A stretch of DNA of 61,310 nucleotides, counting the filler, from Asterionella formosa (taxonomy: Eukaryota): the NCBI GenBank assembly GCA_002256025.1. It is 13 parts of 13 records of this genome, joined end to end, with 100 filler letters (N's around TTAATTAATTAA, not from the genome) between each part and the next. Parts side by side here need not be neighbours in the genome. Positions count along the whole stretch, not along the records: positions 33,105 to 37,724 come from NKIB01013438.1; positions 37,825 to 42,444 come from NKIB01013439.1; positions 42,545 to 47,164 come from NKIB01013440.1; positions 47,265 to 51,883 come from NKIB01013441.1; 9 more parts are not named here. One strand, given 5' to 3'. Below the pieces are notes generated by a model, which searched no databases, had not been told where the DNA came from, and worked only from the letters and a program-made list of their open reading frames with translations. How positions within the stretch are numbered: the first letter of the stretch is position 1; the number at the start of each line of letters is the position of its first letter. Positions 35,195 to 48,135 of this stretch are shown in pieces. Made by a program: the position numbers and the translations under genes.

Positions 35195-35800
35195 TTTTCA
35201 TAAAGTGTTAATGAGTCCATCCATTTTTGTAGAAGTTGTTCTGCTGTGTTTCATTTTCAGCTCGTTGCAGGGTCAGTTTCAGACAATCCATTGCTCCCCA
35301 ACAATTTGTTAAAAGTGGGTATTTCTGATTGATCATGGTTGCAAAGAAGTTAGCTTTGTCTGTAGTAGGCAGTCTCACAATGGCATCATCTTCATTTGTC
35401 AAAAGCACTTTTACAATCATTTGCCTTGAATACCTCAACCAAACACTCTAGGAACCATGAGTTAATCCTAGAATGATTTGAAGAATCATATGGGAACCAC
35501 GAGTCTGGGTCCATGCTAACCCAAACGCCAGACAACTGATGGAACGGAGGTTACTTTGCCAATCTTTCTTCTTGCATGGTTGTTTAATTTCTAACAACAA
35601 TTAATTCCGTTTTTTCCTAAAAGCAGTTAAGGAATCCAAACAAGCGAGGCTTGAATAGCTGGTGTAGGAGACCAAAAGAAGCATTCTGGTCAAACCCATA
35701 CAATGTGATGAGAGAATCATCATGGTTGCTGCTGAAAAAAGTCCAGAGGTCAGCAGTCAAACTTTTGCTAAATAATGGCATCTTGTTTATGGATGGATCA
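35195..35800 (-). mobile_element. PIF/Harbinger (DDE_Tnp_4-type) transposase remnant
   Basis: DDSLITLYGFD, GLAWTQTRGS, KYPLLTNCWGAMDCLKLTLQ...QNNFY..GWTH; stops and frameshifts. Confidence 0.75.
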
Positions 35801-36501
35801 GACTTAGCTAAAAGTAGCAATATGATAATAATTTTATCATCATCAGGAGATGAGAGGAAAGCCAAAATGATGAACATATGGAACTCATGCATATAATGAA
35901 CAAGAGGCAGCATAGCATACAAGAGGATGCATTGATATAANNNNNNNNNNNNNNNNNNNNNNNNNNNNNNNNNNNNNNNNNNNNNNNNNNNNNNNNNNNN
36001 NNNNNNNNNNNNNNNNNNNNNNNNNNNNNNNNNNNNNNNNNNNNNNNNNNNNNNNNNNNNNNNNNNNNNNNNNNNNNNNNNNNNNNNNNNNNNNNNNNNN
36101 NNNNNNNNNNNNNNNNNNNNNNNNNNNNNNNNNNNNNNNNNNNNNNNNNNNNNNNNNNNNNNNNNNNNNNNNNNNNNNNNNNNNNNNNNNNNNNNNNNNN
36201 NNNNNNNNNNNNNNNNNNNNNNNNNNNNNNNNNNNNNNNNNNNNNNNNNNNNNNNNNNNNNNNNNNNNNNNNNNNNNNNNNNNNNNNNNNNNNNNNNNNN
36301 NNNNNNNNNNNNNNNNNNNNNNNNNNNNNNNAATGGAGTCCTCTGGTGCTGGTAAGAGCACTACACATTATAATCACATGAAATCTCGATATACTGGTAG
36401 CAATCTTTGCAGTCCAGTCAAGCAACTGTAGTATTCATTGTCACTCTATTTGTTCCACAAAACACTGGGACGGTGGTACCTATCCAAATTATTTTGATGC
36501 A

Positions 36502-37724
36502 TTAACCTTCAAGTTGAAGTCTCTCTCCAGGATTTTGAAGAAATTCGACAATCACGTCTTCTGTCACGTCACTCTCCTCCTGATACAAATAGTAACCTCC
36601 ATCGTCAGGAATGTCTAACAAAATCATAGTCGCATTTCCTGAAATCTGTGGCAGCTTGACAGCTGCTCTCACGCTCTTTGTTACTTCTGAGGCATGAATG
36701 GCCCAATACATATGTACATTTTGACTTCTAGTAGATGCCAACTTAATGGCATCAATAACACCTTCATGCTCTTCATCATCTCCACTTTCATGAAATACAA
36801 TTATGCAGCGATGTTCATTGATATCTGATGGTGTATGATTCAAATCACCATAATGTTTAGGAAAGTATGGAAACTCTGATATATATTCGGATGTTTCGAT
36901 AATGCCCCGAATATTAGGATTGATCAGAGTTCGTTCACCACTATCATTGGTGGCACTTAGCATTAACAGTGTTGGGTACCCTCGGATGGCGAGACCCTTG
37001 GTTAGGGCCGATCGGGCGTTTTCGTCTTGGTAGGGAACGGCGCCAAAGTTCATGTCCTGGAAATATTCGTCAAACTCGTCTTGCGAATTGTCGGCCGAGA
37101 CAAAGAGTAACTCGAATTTCGAGTCCACGTTGGTCTTTAAATTAGTATAGGCCTTGACTAGTTTGGGAGTGAAGGACCGGCATGGTGGGCACCAGTGCGC
37201 CTGTTGTTAACAAACAAAGTTGGATGAGCAAAGAAAGAAAGAGATGAATCCACTAATTTTCAAACAGAACAATTACGACGTACACTAAAATACAGCATAA
37301 TAAAGTTGTCCTTCAAGTCTGATATTGGGCTAAGCTCCTTGTCGGTATTGAGATAGTAAGAAGGCAAAATTTGAGAAAGCCCTTTGGGTCTCCAAGGAAA
37401 GTGTTCACCAGTTGGATCCATTGCTACTTCCCCCACTCCATCCTCCACGATGATAGTGCTGTCGTTCTTGTCCAACACTACAAGGTGCGGAATCCCCTGT
37501 GCACGATATCGTCGGGCCAAGGAAGAAATATCCATGCCGAATGGGAGTGCGTAGAATGGCATTTTGGCGCAGTACGTGGCGTATTGCTCTTCGTTTTTGT
37601 CCATGGAGACAAATACTACTTCAAACGGCTCCGTCGTTTCCTTGGCTTTCAGAGCCTTGTAGGTCTGACTTAGCTGAGGGGTGAAGTGCTGGCACGGTGC
37701 ACACCACGAGGCACTGAAGTACAA
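36502..37724 (-). CDS. Nucleoredoxin/tryparedoxin-like protein, 5'-truncated; exons 37724..37284 and 37200..36502
   Basis: YFSASWCAPC and, after an 83-bp GT-AG intron (37283-37201), YFSAHWCPPC; FEVVFVSMD, GIPHLV, FPW; third Trx-like domain without CxxC. Confidence 0.9.
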
Positions 37725-38489
37725 NNNNNNNNNNNNNNNNNNNNNNNNNNNNNNNNNNNNNNNNNNNNTTAATTAATTAANNNNNNNNNNNNNNNNNNNN
37801 NNNNNNNNNNNNNNNNNNNNNNNNAGGCGGTGGAGAGGCTCAAACTTCAATTGGAGCAGGATCAGGAAAAAATTAATAATGTAATGCCATATTGGTAAAT
37901 ACCAATATAGAATAGCTTGTACTGATGTACCATGCGTCGTACCATCCATACAAGCAAATGCAATTATACTGCTGCTGTGGCCGCTGCTGTTGCTTTCCCA
38001 TCAGGCAACATACAGTAAATTCTACACACGAGTGTACCACAGGACGGAATCCAGAATCCGTTCGTATGCCATCCTTGATGTCGAAATCGGCAGAACGGCG
38101 TGATAAATAAAATTTTTAATTTTTATCATACACATACATATATATGCCGGTATTATGTTCAAGGAGCATGGTGATATGGCACACTACCTGTAACCTGGTA
38201 CCCTGCAAGTTGCGGTCATTTTGCCGAAAATGGAACGCGGCGCCGGCAAGCACTCATATTTTTACTCCCCGCTGATATTACTTTCGCGCTGGCCAATATA
38301 TTTCATTATTATCAAAATCTAATTTTTAAGAATAATTTTCCGAACTTGCTACGAATTTTCCGAACTTTCTACGATTAGGGGGGTTTCCCCCCAATCACAA
38401 TTTTGAGTTTCAAGACTCCTTATTCCAGAAATCTCCTAGTTTATGTGCATTTCTATTTCGGTATAAGGCCCCGTCTTACGGCGCCCGAA

Positions 38490-38705
38490 TTACGAAGATT
38501 CAGTCGCCCGGATACCTGTTGGGCGTTTAATCTTCGTATTTTCGTCCCTTGCGGACTAAATAACTCGCAAATCCCCCCCGATTACGAAGATTAATCTTCG
38601 TTTGCCCGAATATTTCGAGGGTCATCCCCGATATTGACCCAATCTTCGTATTTTCTTGAACAATCTTCGTTTCCCGAAGATTAATCTTCGGGCAAACGAA
38701 GATTG
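38490..38705. repeat. Array of AATCTTCG/CGAAGATT motifs with two perfect palindromes CGAAGATTAATCTTCG (duplicate at 43210-43425)
   Basis: Palindromes at 38585 and 38675; single motifs at ~38493, 38529, 38641, 38662, 38697. Confidence 0.85.
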
Positions 38706-38904
38706 TCTCCACCAATCAGAATGGCGGAAACAATATATAATCGTCATCACATATACTGATGATATAGCATTCGATACTTCGATACTTCGATACTTCTATT
38801 GTAGTATTATTGTCATTATTATTACTGTAGATATTATTAATATAATAATTCTTACTTTTAATATTTTTGTTTTATGATAATAATTTGTAACATGATGACT
38901 CCGC

Positions 38905-41900
38905 TGTTGAAATTGCGTCCCGAAGCACTCTATGCTTTCTTGTATCCTGTAAGGACACGTCAGGGACCAAATAGGCTGTAGATATAACAACGATGTCTCC
39001 GTGATCGATTGTAATCATTCCTAAGAGTTTTAATAGAATTATGGGTTTTTACTGTTGGCGTAGATTGTTTTCGAATTCTCTGGTACCATATTCTTTCTTG
39101 ATTCATTCGATTCAATATGTAGTAGGTAATTTATACCGGGATTTTCTTTCCTAAAATAATTTCTCCAACACACTCCTGCTGGACACGGATGCTCACTTTG
39201 AATTCATAATTTGCTGACGAAAATGAATAAATTTCGTTCCAACCAGTGGTTTCGTCATGTAGTCTGCTATCATTGCATCCGATGGACAGTACTTGATTTG
39301 TACTTCCTTTCTTTCAATAAGATCAGTAATATAAAAATATTTGATGTTGAAATGTCGCGTGCGTTTTCCTGAACTTGCTTTTCCATTTGCTTCTAGCTTC
39401 ATTGCGCTAGTGTTGTCACGGTAAATGACATTCGTAGTCACCTTGTGTCCTTGTGCTTCAATAAATAATTTCGTCCATAACACCTTTGATATAATGTCAT
39501 CGACACCAACCAATTCTGCTTCAGTCGAACTTCTAGTGTTCACTTTCTGTTTCGTAGACAATAGAACAAATAATTCCGTTTCCAAGTGACAGTGTAGCTC
39601 CTATGTGACTTTTAAAATCTTTGTGTACCTCAAACGCTGCATCAACGTACCATTTAATGCTCTGAGTGTCATCAGCACTCATAGATGCAACCTCATTCTG
39701 AGTTGCTTTCAAGAAATTCATGATCTTGACTAATTTTGCCCAATCGCCTTCATTCGGTTTTGTAGTTTGGGTTGCCAAAGAAAAATGCGACTCCTGGTTG
39801 AATGTCCTGTCTTCCTCGCTTACATAGAAAAATTCTTTTCATAACAAAAGTATGAAATATTTTTGCTTTTTCATATTCAAGCTTCTTTGATTTCGTATCA
39901 ACTGTGAACAATTTATCTGTCCATGGAAATTTTCCAACTCCTTCAAGTTTGTCTGGAAAATCATCAATCATTGATTTCACATATTTGGTCATGTCCACCC
40001 TCAACACTCCTGGAAGAGAGTAACCTAGTGTCAATGCCAAATAATCATGCTTCTTTCCACGCATGACCTTGACTTCACCAATTTCGTCAGAAGCGTATTT
40101 CTATTTGATCCATTCCAAAAATTGATCATTCACTTTCCTGTCCACATGACTTGATTTCAAATCGTCTACGTGCCAAGTAACTGTGTGCTGTTTGCCATTA
40201 ACAGTGCGATTTGCAATGCATGGATCATATGGATTGACCTTGAATCCAATTGACTCAAAATCCTTCCGAAATTTCTTGTAATATAATAATGATGACTGTA
40301 ACATGCCATATAATGCCTTGATCATCCTAACATATAGGACCTTGTTGTTCCCTTCATAAACAACATATTTTTCATAAGTCTCGGGGCTGAGTTCTGTCAA
40401 CATATTGACAAGTAAACCTCTAATCTTCATAATGATTCGTTCCCCTTTTTCTTTCTCATCGATATCCACTTGCACAAATGCATTGGGTATATCCGCAGTC
40501 ATAACATCGCGATTTTGCTTCGCATCAATTGTTGCTGTTATCATAACAGATTCAGTCATGGTAGTTGGACTAGCTGCTTCATCTCTTTCCATGTATTCAC
40601 GTTGCGAACTGCCATTGGCACATGCTCTGCCTTTAATGCTCTTATCTCTCTTTTCAACCAAAAAAATTAGGCTTTCCATTGCACGTCGCTTTTCGATATC
40701 GGTTAGGTCTTCAATCCTAATCGGTTCAAACACAACTCTATCATGTAGTTGTTTCATTTCTTTATAGGCAGCGTCTCTTCCTTTCTGGCCAAATTTCTTG
40801 AGGCCTTTCCTTAAGCTGTATGACTGAACAAAGTGAAATGCTTCTTTATCGATACACATCTCATTCATATAACACATTGTCTTTGCGATCACTTTCGCAT
40901 TATCAGTCGTGTATTCTTCTCGACAGTGTGCTTGGGTATGCAAATGATTTTGGACCATAGTTAGTTTTGATGGTGGTCTTGAGACTCTTCCAGACCTTGT
41001 AGTTCTAACATTTGGGTCTGAGTCATCCTGAGTGCTTGGATTGACTTCTAACATTGCCTCTTCATTTTCAGTTTCATTTGCTGGCTCTTCATCCTCATCT
41101 TGGATATCATCTGCATTCATTTCGATATTATTCTCATTGTTGCCCTCGTCAGGTTCAGGGTCATCCTCTTGAGTATTGTCGTTTAATTCGAGCTGTTCTG
41201 CTTCATATATTTCATCCGGAGTCATTGCGTCATAGTCTTCTTCTCCGAGAATTTCATCATTGCTTTCGTTGTCACTAGCATCTTGATCTTCATAATCTTC
41301 ATCTTGTGCATCTTCAAATGCTTCGTTATCATAATCCACTCCTGCAATCCAAGCACTATCATAAAATAGTTGTCCTGTTCGATTTGATATCTTGAGACCA
41401 TCTGGCATATTTTCTTGCACAGCAAGGGCGTGTACTTGATTCATGATTGCTGGGGTAAGTGGTAGAGGAGTAATTGTTCGTCTAGTGATCAATGAATTTG
41501 TAGGTAGGTGTAACAATTCATGACCTCCTTGCACATTGTCATTGTAGCGTAGAAAAATGCAATCTAGGCTGCGGGGTGCATTAGTGTTTGAAAACACAGG
41601 TTCTTCATGTGCTTGGACATAAGTGCCAAATGTATACTGGCAATGTCGAGCATAGTCCAGGTTTCGTTGATGTAAAATCATACGAGGACTGTAATACGGG
41701 GATATCCCGTTCTTTGCCGGAAAGAAATTCAGTTTCCTTGCAGATTCTGTCACTAGAATCTTAATCATCAGTCGCGGCAAATGTTTGAAAGGTAATCGAT
41801 GATAAGCTGCGCGCACGCGTTCTTTAATCACTCGATTATTTCGCTCCGCTTCGGGAACATGTTCTTGTGGGTTTGCGTAGTTCATAGTGACTTGAAATTC

Positions 41901-42444
41901 ATTGGAAATTTGTTCCATCAAAGGTCGAAACTCGTTGTCACAGTGGATTGTTGTAATTTTAAATCCTCCGGTATTATAAACACGGAATACTTGAATCAAA
42001 GCATCTCGATAGACTTCAGCTGTCTGATTCTTGACCCATTGCGCTGTCCTATACATAATGTTTCGAGAAATTGTTGTGAGAAATGATTGTCCATTGACTT
42101 TCATTCCGTCCATGCAAAGAGTCACTTCGCGTTGAGCTTGAATAAGCTCCTTAGGAATCTCGATGTAGTCGTTCACGACTGGCAGCGGCTTGCGACGAGT
42201 TGTCTTGCCTTTTAGTGTTCCGATGTCAGGCCCAAAAATTTTCTCTGCAATTTTGATATCATCGGTAGTCACTGGATTATTGTTGATCGTATTCATACGA
42301 ATTATTGCCTTGAAATCATTAATTGATGGTGTACCCAAGGCATGAAATAGATCACGAGCTCGCTTAGCTCTCTGAAATTGACGTTCAGTGTAAAATGTTT
42401 TGTTTTCTTCAAGTGTATTTAACATTTGAGCATTCTCCGCTCTC
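38905..42444 (-). mobile_element. Ty1/copia (CoDi-like) retrotransposon 3' part: integrase-RT-RNase H, PPT, 3' LTR 38905-39170
   Basis: CDNEF..HVPEAERNNRVIKER, KGRACANG, ADIPNAF, KALYG, NPYDPC, WHVDD, WYVDAAF, SSTEAELVG, YRDN, KRTRHF, ADYMTKPL; PPT CAGGAGTG then LTR TGTTGG...TTTCAACA. Confidence 0.95.
40101..42425 (-). CDS. Copia pol fragment (integrase + RT); stop at 40101, continued by 39750-40064, 39533-39778 and 39193-39585
   Basis: 774-aa ORF with copia motifs; downstream pieces complete RT and RNase H. Confidence 0.85.
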   Translation of the reverse strand: MLNTLEENKTFYTERQFQRAKRARDLFHALGTPSINDFKAIIRMNTINNNPVTTDDIKIAEKIFGPDIGTLKGKTTRRKPLPVVNDYIEIPKELIQAQREVTLCMDGMKVNGQSFLTTISRNIMYRTAQWVKNQTAEVYRDALIQVFRVYNTGGFKITTIHCDNEFRPLMEQISNEFQVTMNYANPQEHVPEAERNNRVIKERVRAAYHRLPFKHLPRLMIKILVTESARKLNFFPAKNGISPYYSPRMILHQRNLDYARHCQYTFGTYVQAHEEPVFSNTNAPRSLDCIFLRYNDNVQGGHELLHLPTNSLITRRTITPLPLTPAIMNQVHALAVQENMPDGLKISNRTGQLFYDSAWIAGVDYDNEAFEDAQDEDYEDQDASDNESNDEILGEEDYDAMTPDEIYEAEQLELNDNTQEDDPEPDEGNNENNIEMNADDIQDEDEEPANETENEEAMLEVNPSTQDDSDPNVRTTRSGRVSRPPSKLTMVQNHLHTQAHCREEYTTDNAKVIAKTMCYMNEMCIDKEAFHFVQSYSLRKGLKKFGQKGRDAAYKEMKQLHDRVVFEPIRIEDLTDIEKRRAMESLIFLVEKRDKSIKGRACANGSSQREYMERDEAASPTTMTESVMITATIDAKQNRDVMTADIPNAFVQVDIDEKEKGERIIMKIRGLLVNMLTELSPETYEKYVVYEGNNKVLYVRMIKALYGMLQSSLLYYKKFRKDFESIGFKVNPYDPCIANRTVNGKQHTVTWHVDDLKSSHVDRKVNDQFLEWIK

Positions 42445-43624
42445 NNNNNNNNNNNNNNNNNNNNNNNNNNNNNNNNNNNNNNNNNNNNTTAATTAATTAA
42501 NNNNNNNNNNNNNNNNNNNNNNNNNNNNNNNNNNNNNNNNNNNNAGGCGGTGGAGAGGCTCAAACTTCAATTGGAGCAGGATCAGGAAAAAATTAATAAT
42601 GTAATGCCATATTGGTAAATACCAATATAGAATAGCTTGTACTGATGTACCATGCGTCGTACCATCCATACAAGCAAATGCAATTATACTGCTGCTGTGG
42701 CCGCTGCTGTTGCTTTCCCATCAGGCAACATACAGTAAATTCTACACACGAGTGTACCACAGGACGGAATCCAGAATCCGTTCGTATGCCATCCTTGATG
42801 TCGAAATCGGCAGAACGGCGTGATAAATAAAATTTTTAATTTTTATCATACACATACATATATATGCCGGTATTATGTTCAAGGAGCATGGTGATATGGC
42901 ACACTACCTGTAACCTGGTACCCTGCAAGTTGCGGTCATTTTGCCGAAAATGGAACGCGGCGCCGGCAAGCACTCATATTTTTACTCCCCGCTGATATTA
43001 CTTTCGCGCTGGCCAATATATTTCATTATTATCAAAATCTAATTTTTAAGAATAATTTTCCGAACTTGCTACGAATTTTCCGAACTTTCTACGATTAGGG
43101 GGGTTTCCCCCCAATCACAATTTTGAGTTTCAAGACTCCTTATTCCAGAAATCTCCTAGTTTATGTGCATTTCTATTTCGGTATAAGGCCCCGTCTTACG
43201 GCGCCCGAATTACGAAGATTCAGTCGCCCGGATACCTGTTGGGCGTTTAATCTTCGTATTTTCGTCCCTTGCGGACTAAATAACTCGCAAATCCCCCCCG
43301 ATTACGAAGATTAATCTTCGTTTGCCCGAATATTTCGAGGGTCATCCCCGATATTGACCCAATCTTCGTATTTTCTTGAACAATCTTCGTTTCCCGAAGA
43401 TTAATCTTCGGGCAAACGAAGATTGTCTCCACCAATCAGAATGGCGGAAACAATATATAATCGTCATCACATATACTGATGATATAGCATTCGATACTTC
43501 GATACTTCGATACTTCTATTGTAGTATTATTGTCATTATTATTACTGTAGATATTATTAATATAATAATTCTTACTTTTAATATTTTTGTTTTATGATAA
43601 TAATTTGTAACATGATGACTCCGC

Positions 43625-46600
43625 TGTTGAAATTGCGTCCCGAAGCACTCTATGCTTTCTTGTATCCTGTAAGGACACGTCAGGGACCAAATAGGCTGTA
43701 GATATAACAACGATGTCTCCGTGATCGATTGTAATCGTTCCTAAGAGTTTTAATAGAATTATGGGTTTTTACTGTTGGCGTAGATTGTTTTCGAATTCTC
43801 TGGTACCATATTCTTTCTTGATTCATTCGATTCAATATGTAGTAGGTAATTTATACCGGGATTTTCTTTCCTAAAATATTTTCTCCAACACACTCCTGCT
43901 GGACACGGATGCTCACTTTGAATTCATAATTTGCTGACGAAAATGAATAAATTTCGTTCCAACCAGTGGTTTCGTCATGTAGTCTGCTATCATTGCATCC
44001 GATGGACAGTACTTGATTTGTACTTCCTTTCTTTCAATAAGATCAGTAATATAAAAATATTTGATGTTGAAATGTCGCGTGCGTTTTCCTGAACTTGCTT
44101 TTCCATTTGCTTCTAGCTTCATTGCGCTAGTGTTGTCACGGTAAATGACATTCGTAGTCACCTTGTGTCCTTGTGCTTCAATAAATAATTTCGTCCATAA
44201 CACCTTTGATATAATGTCATCGACACCAACCAATTCTGCTTCAGTCGAACTTCTAGTGTTCACTTTCTGTTTCGTAGACATTAGAACAAATAATTCCGTT
44301 TCCAAGTGACAGTGTAGCTCCTATGTGACTTTTAAAATCTTTGTGTACCTCAAACGCTGCATCAACGTACCATTTAATGCTCTGAGTGTCATCAGCACTC
44401 ATAGATGCAACCTCATTCTGAGTTGCTTTCAAGAAATTCATGATCTTGACTAATTTTGCCCAATCGCCTTCATTCGGTTTTGTAGTTTGGGTTGCCAAAG
44501 AAAAATGCGACTCCTGGTTGAATGTCCTGTCTTCCTCGCTTACATAGAAAAATTCTTTTCATAACAAAAGTATGAAATATTTTTGCTTTTTCATATTCAA
44601 GCTTCTTTGATTTCGTATCAACTGTGAACAATTTATCTGTCCATGGAAATTTTCCAACTCCTTCAAGTTTGTCTGGAAAATCATCAATCATTGATTTCAC
44701 ATATTTGGTCATGTCCACCCTCAACACTCCTGGAAGAGAGTAACCTAGTGTCAATGCCAAATAATCATGCTTCTTTCCACGCATGACCTTGACTTCACCA
44801 ATTTCGTCAGAAGCGTATTTCTATTTGATCCATTCCAAAAATTGATCATTCACTTTCCTGTCCACATGACTTGATTTCAAATCGTCTACGTGCCAAGTAA
44901 CTGTGTGCTGTTTGCCATTAACAGTGCGATTTGCAATGCATGGATCATATGGATTGACCTTGAATCCAATTGACTCAAAATCCTTCCGAAATTTCTTGTA
45001 ATATAATAATGATGACTGTAACATGCCATATAATGCCTTGATCATCCTAACATATAGGACCTTGTTGTTCCCTTCATAAACAACATATTTTTCATAAGTC
45101 TCGGGGCTGAGTTCTGTCAACATATTGACAAGTAAACCTCTAATCTTCATAATGATTCGTTCCCCTTTTTCTTTCTCATCGATATCCACTTGCACAAATG
45201 CATTGGGTATATCCGCAGTCATAACATCGCGATTTTGCTTCGCATCAATTGTTGCTGTTATCATAACAGATTCAGTCATGGTAGTTGGACTAGCTGCTTC
45301 ATCTCTTTCCATGTATTCACGTTGCGAACTGCCATTGGCACATGCTCTGCCTTTAATGCTCTTATCTCTCTTTTCAACCAAAAAAATTAGGCTTTCCATT
45401 GCACGTCGCTTTTCGATATCGGTTAGGTCTTCAATCCTAATCGGTTCAAACACAACTCTATCATGTAGTTGTTTCATTTCTTTATAGGCAGCGTCTCTTC
45501 CTTTCTGGCCAAATTTCTTGAGGCCTTTCCTTAAGCTGTATGACTGAACAAAGTGAAATGCTTCTTTATCGATACACATCTCATTCATATAACACATTGT
45601 CTTTGCGATCACTTTCGCATTATCAGTCGTGTATTCTTCTCGACAGTGTGCTTGGGTATGCAAATGATTTTGGACCATAGTTAGTTTTGATGGTGGTCTT
45701 GAGACTCTTCCAGACCTTGTAGTTCTAACATTTGGGTCTGAGTCATCCTGAGTGCTTGGATTGACTTCTAACATTGCCTCTTCATTTTCAGTTTCATTTG
45801 CTGGCTCTTCATCCTCATCTTGGATATCATCTGCATTCATTTCGATATTATTCTCATTGTTGCCCTCGTCAGGTTCAGGGTCATCCTCTTGAGTATTGTC
45901 GTTTAATTCGAGCTGTTCTGCTTCATATATTTCATCCGGAGTCATTGCGTCATAGTCTTCTTCTCCGAGAATTTCATCATTGCTTTCGTTGTCACTAGCA
46001 TCTTGATCTTCATAATCTTCATCTTGTGCATCTTCAAATGCTTCGTTATCATAATCCACTCCTGCAATCCAAGCACTATCATAAAATAGTTGTCCTGTTC
46101 GATTTGATATCTTGAGACCATCTGGCATATTTTCTTGCACAGCAAGGGCGTGTACTTGATTCATGATTGCTGGGGTAAGTGGTAGAGGAGTAATTGTTCG
46201 TCTAGTGATCAATGAATTTGTAGGTAGGTGTAACAATTCATGACCTCCTTGCACATTGTCATTGTAGCGTAGAAAAATGCAATCTAGGCTGCGGGGTGCA
46301 TTAGTGTTTGAAAACACAGGTTCTTCATGTGCTTGGACATAAGTGCCAAATGTATACTGGCAATGTCGAGCATAGTCCAGGTTTCGTTGATGTAAAATCA
46401 TACGAGGACTGTAATACGGGGATATCCCGTTCTTTGCCGGAAAGAAATTCAGTTTCCTTGCAGATTCTGTCACTAGAATCTTAATCATCAGTCGCGGCAA
46501 ATGTTTGAAAGGTAATCGATGATAAGCTGCGCGCACGCGTTCTTTAATCACTCGATTATTTCGCTCCGCTTCGGGAACATGTTCTTGTGGGTTTGCGTAG

Positions 46601-47164
46601 TTCATAGTGACTTGAAATTCATTGGAAATTTGTTCCATCAAAGGTCGAAACTCGTTGTCACAGTGGATTGTTGTAATTTTAAATCCTCCGGTATTATAAA
46701 CACGGAATACTTGAATCAAAGCATCTCGATAGACTTCAGCTGTCTGATTCTTGACCCATTGCGCTGTCCTATACATAATGTTTCGAGAAATTGTTGTGAG
46801 AAATGATTGTCCATTGACTTTCATTCCGTCCATGCAAAGAGTCACTTCGCGTTGAGCTTGAATAAGCTCCTTAGGAATCTCGATGTAGTCGTTCACGACT
46901 GGCAGCGGCTTGCGACGAGTTGTCTTGCCTTTTAGTGTTCCGATGTCAGGCCCAAAAATTTTCTCTGCAATTTTGATATCATCGGTAGTCACTGGATTAT
47001 TGTTGATCGTATTCATACGAATTATTGCCTTGAAATCATTAATTGATGGTGTACCCAAGGCATGAAATAGATCACGAGCTCGCTTAGCTCTCTGAAATTG
47101 ACGTTCAGTGTAAAATGTTTTGTTTTCTTCAAGTGTATTTAACATTTGAGCATTCTCCGCTCTC
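43625..47164 (-). mobile_element. Duplicate copy of the copia element (LTR 43625-43890; main ORF 44821-47145)
   Basis: Essentially identical to 38905-42444. Confidence 0.95.
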
Positions 47165-47287
47165 NNNNNNNNNNNNNNNNNNNNNNNNNNNNNNNNNNNN
47201 NNNNNNNNTTAATTAATTAANNNNNNNNNNNNNNNNNNNNNNNNNNNNNNNNNNNNNNNNNNNNCGTATCACTTGCCTTCCATCAAC

Positions 47288-48025
47288 ATGATCCGATTGA
47301 CATTGAGTCTCGTTGCATTGCTGCTTTCAAAAACTCTGGCGTCACCGTCGTCGTCGAGACCTTCTTGGTCCAAGACTGCAACTTTCGTTCCTCCTGCGTC
47401 TCCCTCCATTACAAAGTCTAATACAGCACCAACCCCAATGGTGCAGGCAAGGGAAGAAGCAGTCTTTGCGGGATATGGATTGTACAAGAATAGAGATACT
47501 ACTCAATTGTGGGCAAAGAAAAAGGCCGCAGCGGCAGCGCCAAAGAAGGTCCAAGTCAAGTTATTGAAGAATATTCCTGGAACTGGAGTGTACGGAGAAG
47601 TTATTTTGGTGACACCTGCCTTTTTCAGCAACAAATTACTTCCTGAAAAGGCTGCCGTCATGATTTCGGATGAAGAAGTTGCGAGACTAAACGCTGAAGC
47701 ACAGGCTCAAGAAAAGGCGACCAATGAAGCTGCTACTGCCTTGAAACTAATTCTGGATGAAGTGACAGTCACAATCAGACGTAAAGCTGGACCTGATGGA
47801 CAGCTATTTGGGGGTATTGGACCCAAGATTCTCATGGATGAGTTGAAGGGGAAAGTAAACGAAAAATTCCTTGATAACAAGGGCGTGAAAGTGATAAGTA
47901 CAACTGATGAGAATGGTGAGAAAATGAGTCACGATATCAAACATATTGGAAAATTCTCAGCTGAACTTGCCCTGACGAAAGATATTACGGCCAAGATCGC
48001 CATAGTTGTGGACGAAGAGCGATGA
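47288..48025 (+). CDS. rpl9: Plastid-type 50S ribosomal protein L9 with N-terminal presequence
   Basis: VQVKLLKNIPGTGVYGEVILVTPAFFSNKLLP (L9 N-domain), RKAGPDGQLFGGIG and IKHIGKF (C-domain); hydrophobic signal peptide plus Ser/Thr-rich transit-like region. Confidence 0.9.
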   Translation: MIRLTLSLVALLLSKTLASPSSSRPSWSKTATFVPPASPSITKSNTAPTPMVQAREEAVFAGYGLYKNRDTTQLWAKKKAAAAAPKKVQVKLLKNIPGTGVYGEVILVTPAFFSNKLLPEKAAVMISDEEVARLNAEAQAQEKATNEAATALKLILDEVTVTIRRKAGPDGQLFGGIGPKILMDELKGKVNEKFLDNKGVKVISTTDENGEKMSHDIKHIGKFSAELALTKDITAKIAIVVDEER

Positions 48026-48135
48026 GAGAAAGAAAAGAGCTTTAGCTAGTAGTATCGTTACATGGACATATCTGGCCTATTATTGGCAGCCAATAATTTA
48101 GAAAAAAATAACATTGGCATCAAAAGTCCTATATT

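Larger units (their letters stand above)
37825..47164. repeat. Near-identical duplicate contigs 37825-42444 and 42545-47164
   Basis: Same length (4620), same end points, offset 4720; only three differences noticed by eye (39017/43737, 39159/43879, 39561/44281). Confidence 0.95.

Noticed and set aside
35808..36425. Long ORFs spanning N runs (also 48870-49986)
   Set aside because: Artefacts of translating gaps
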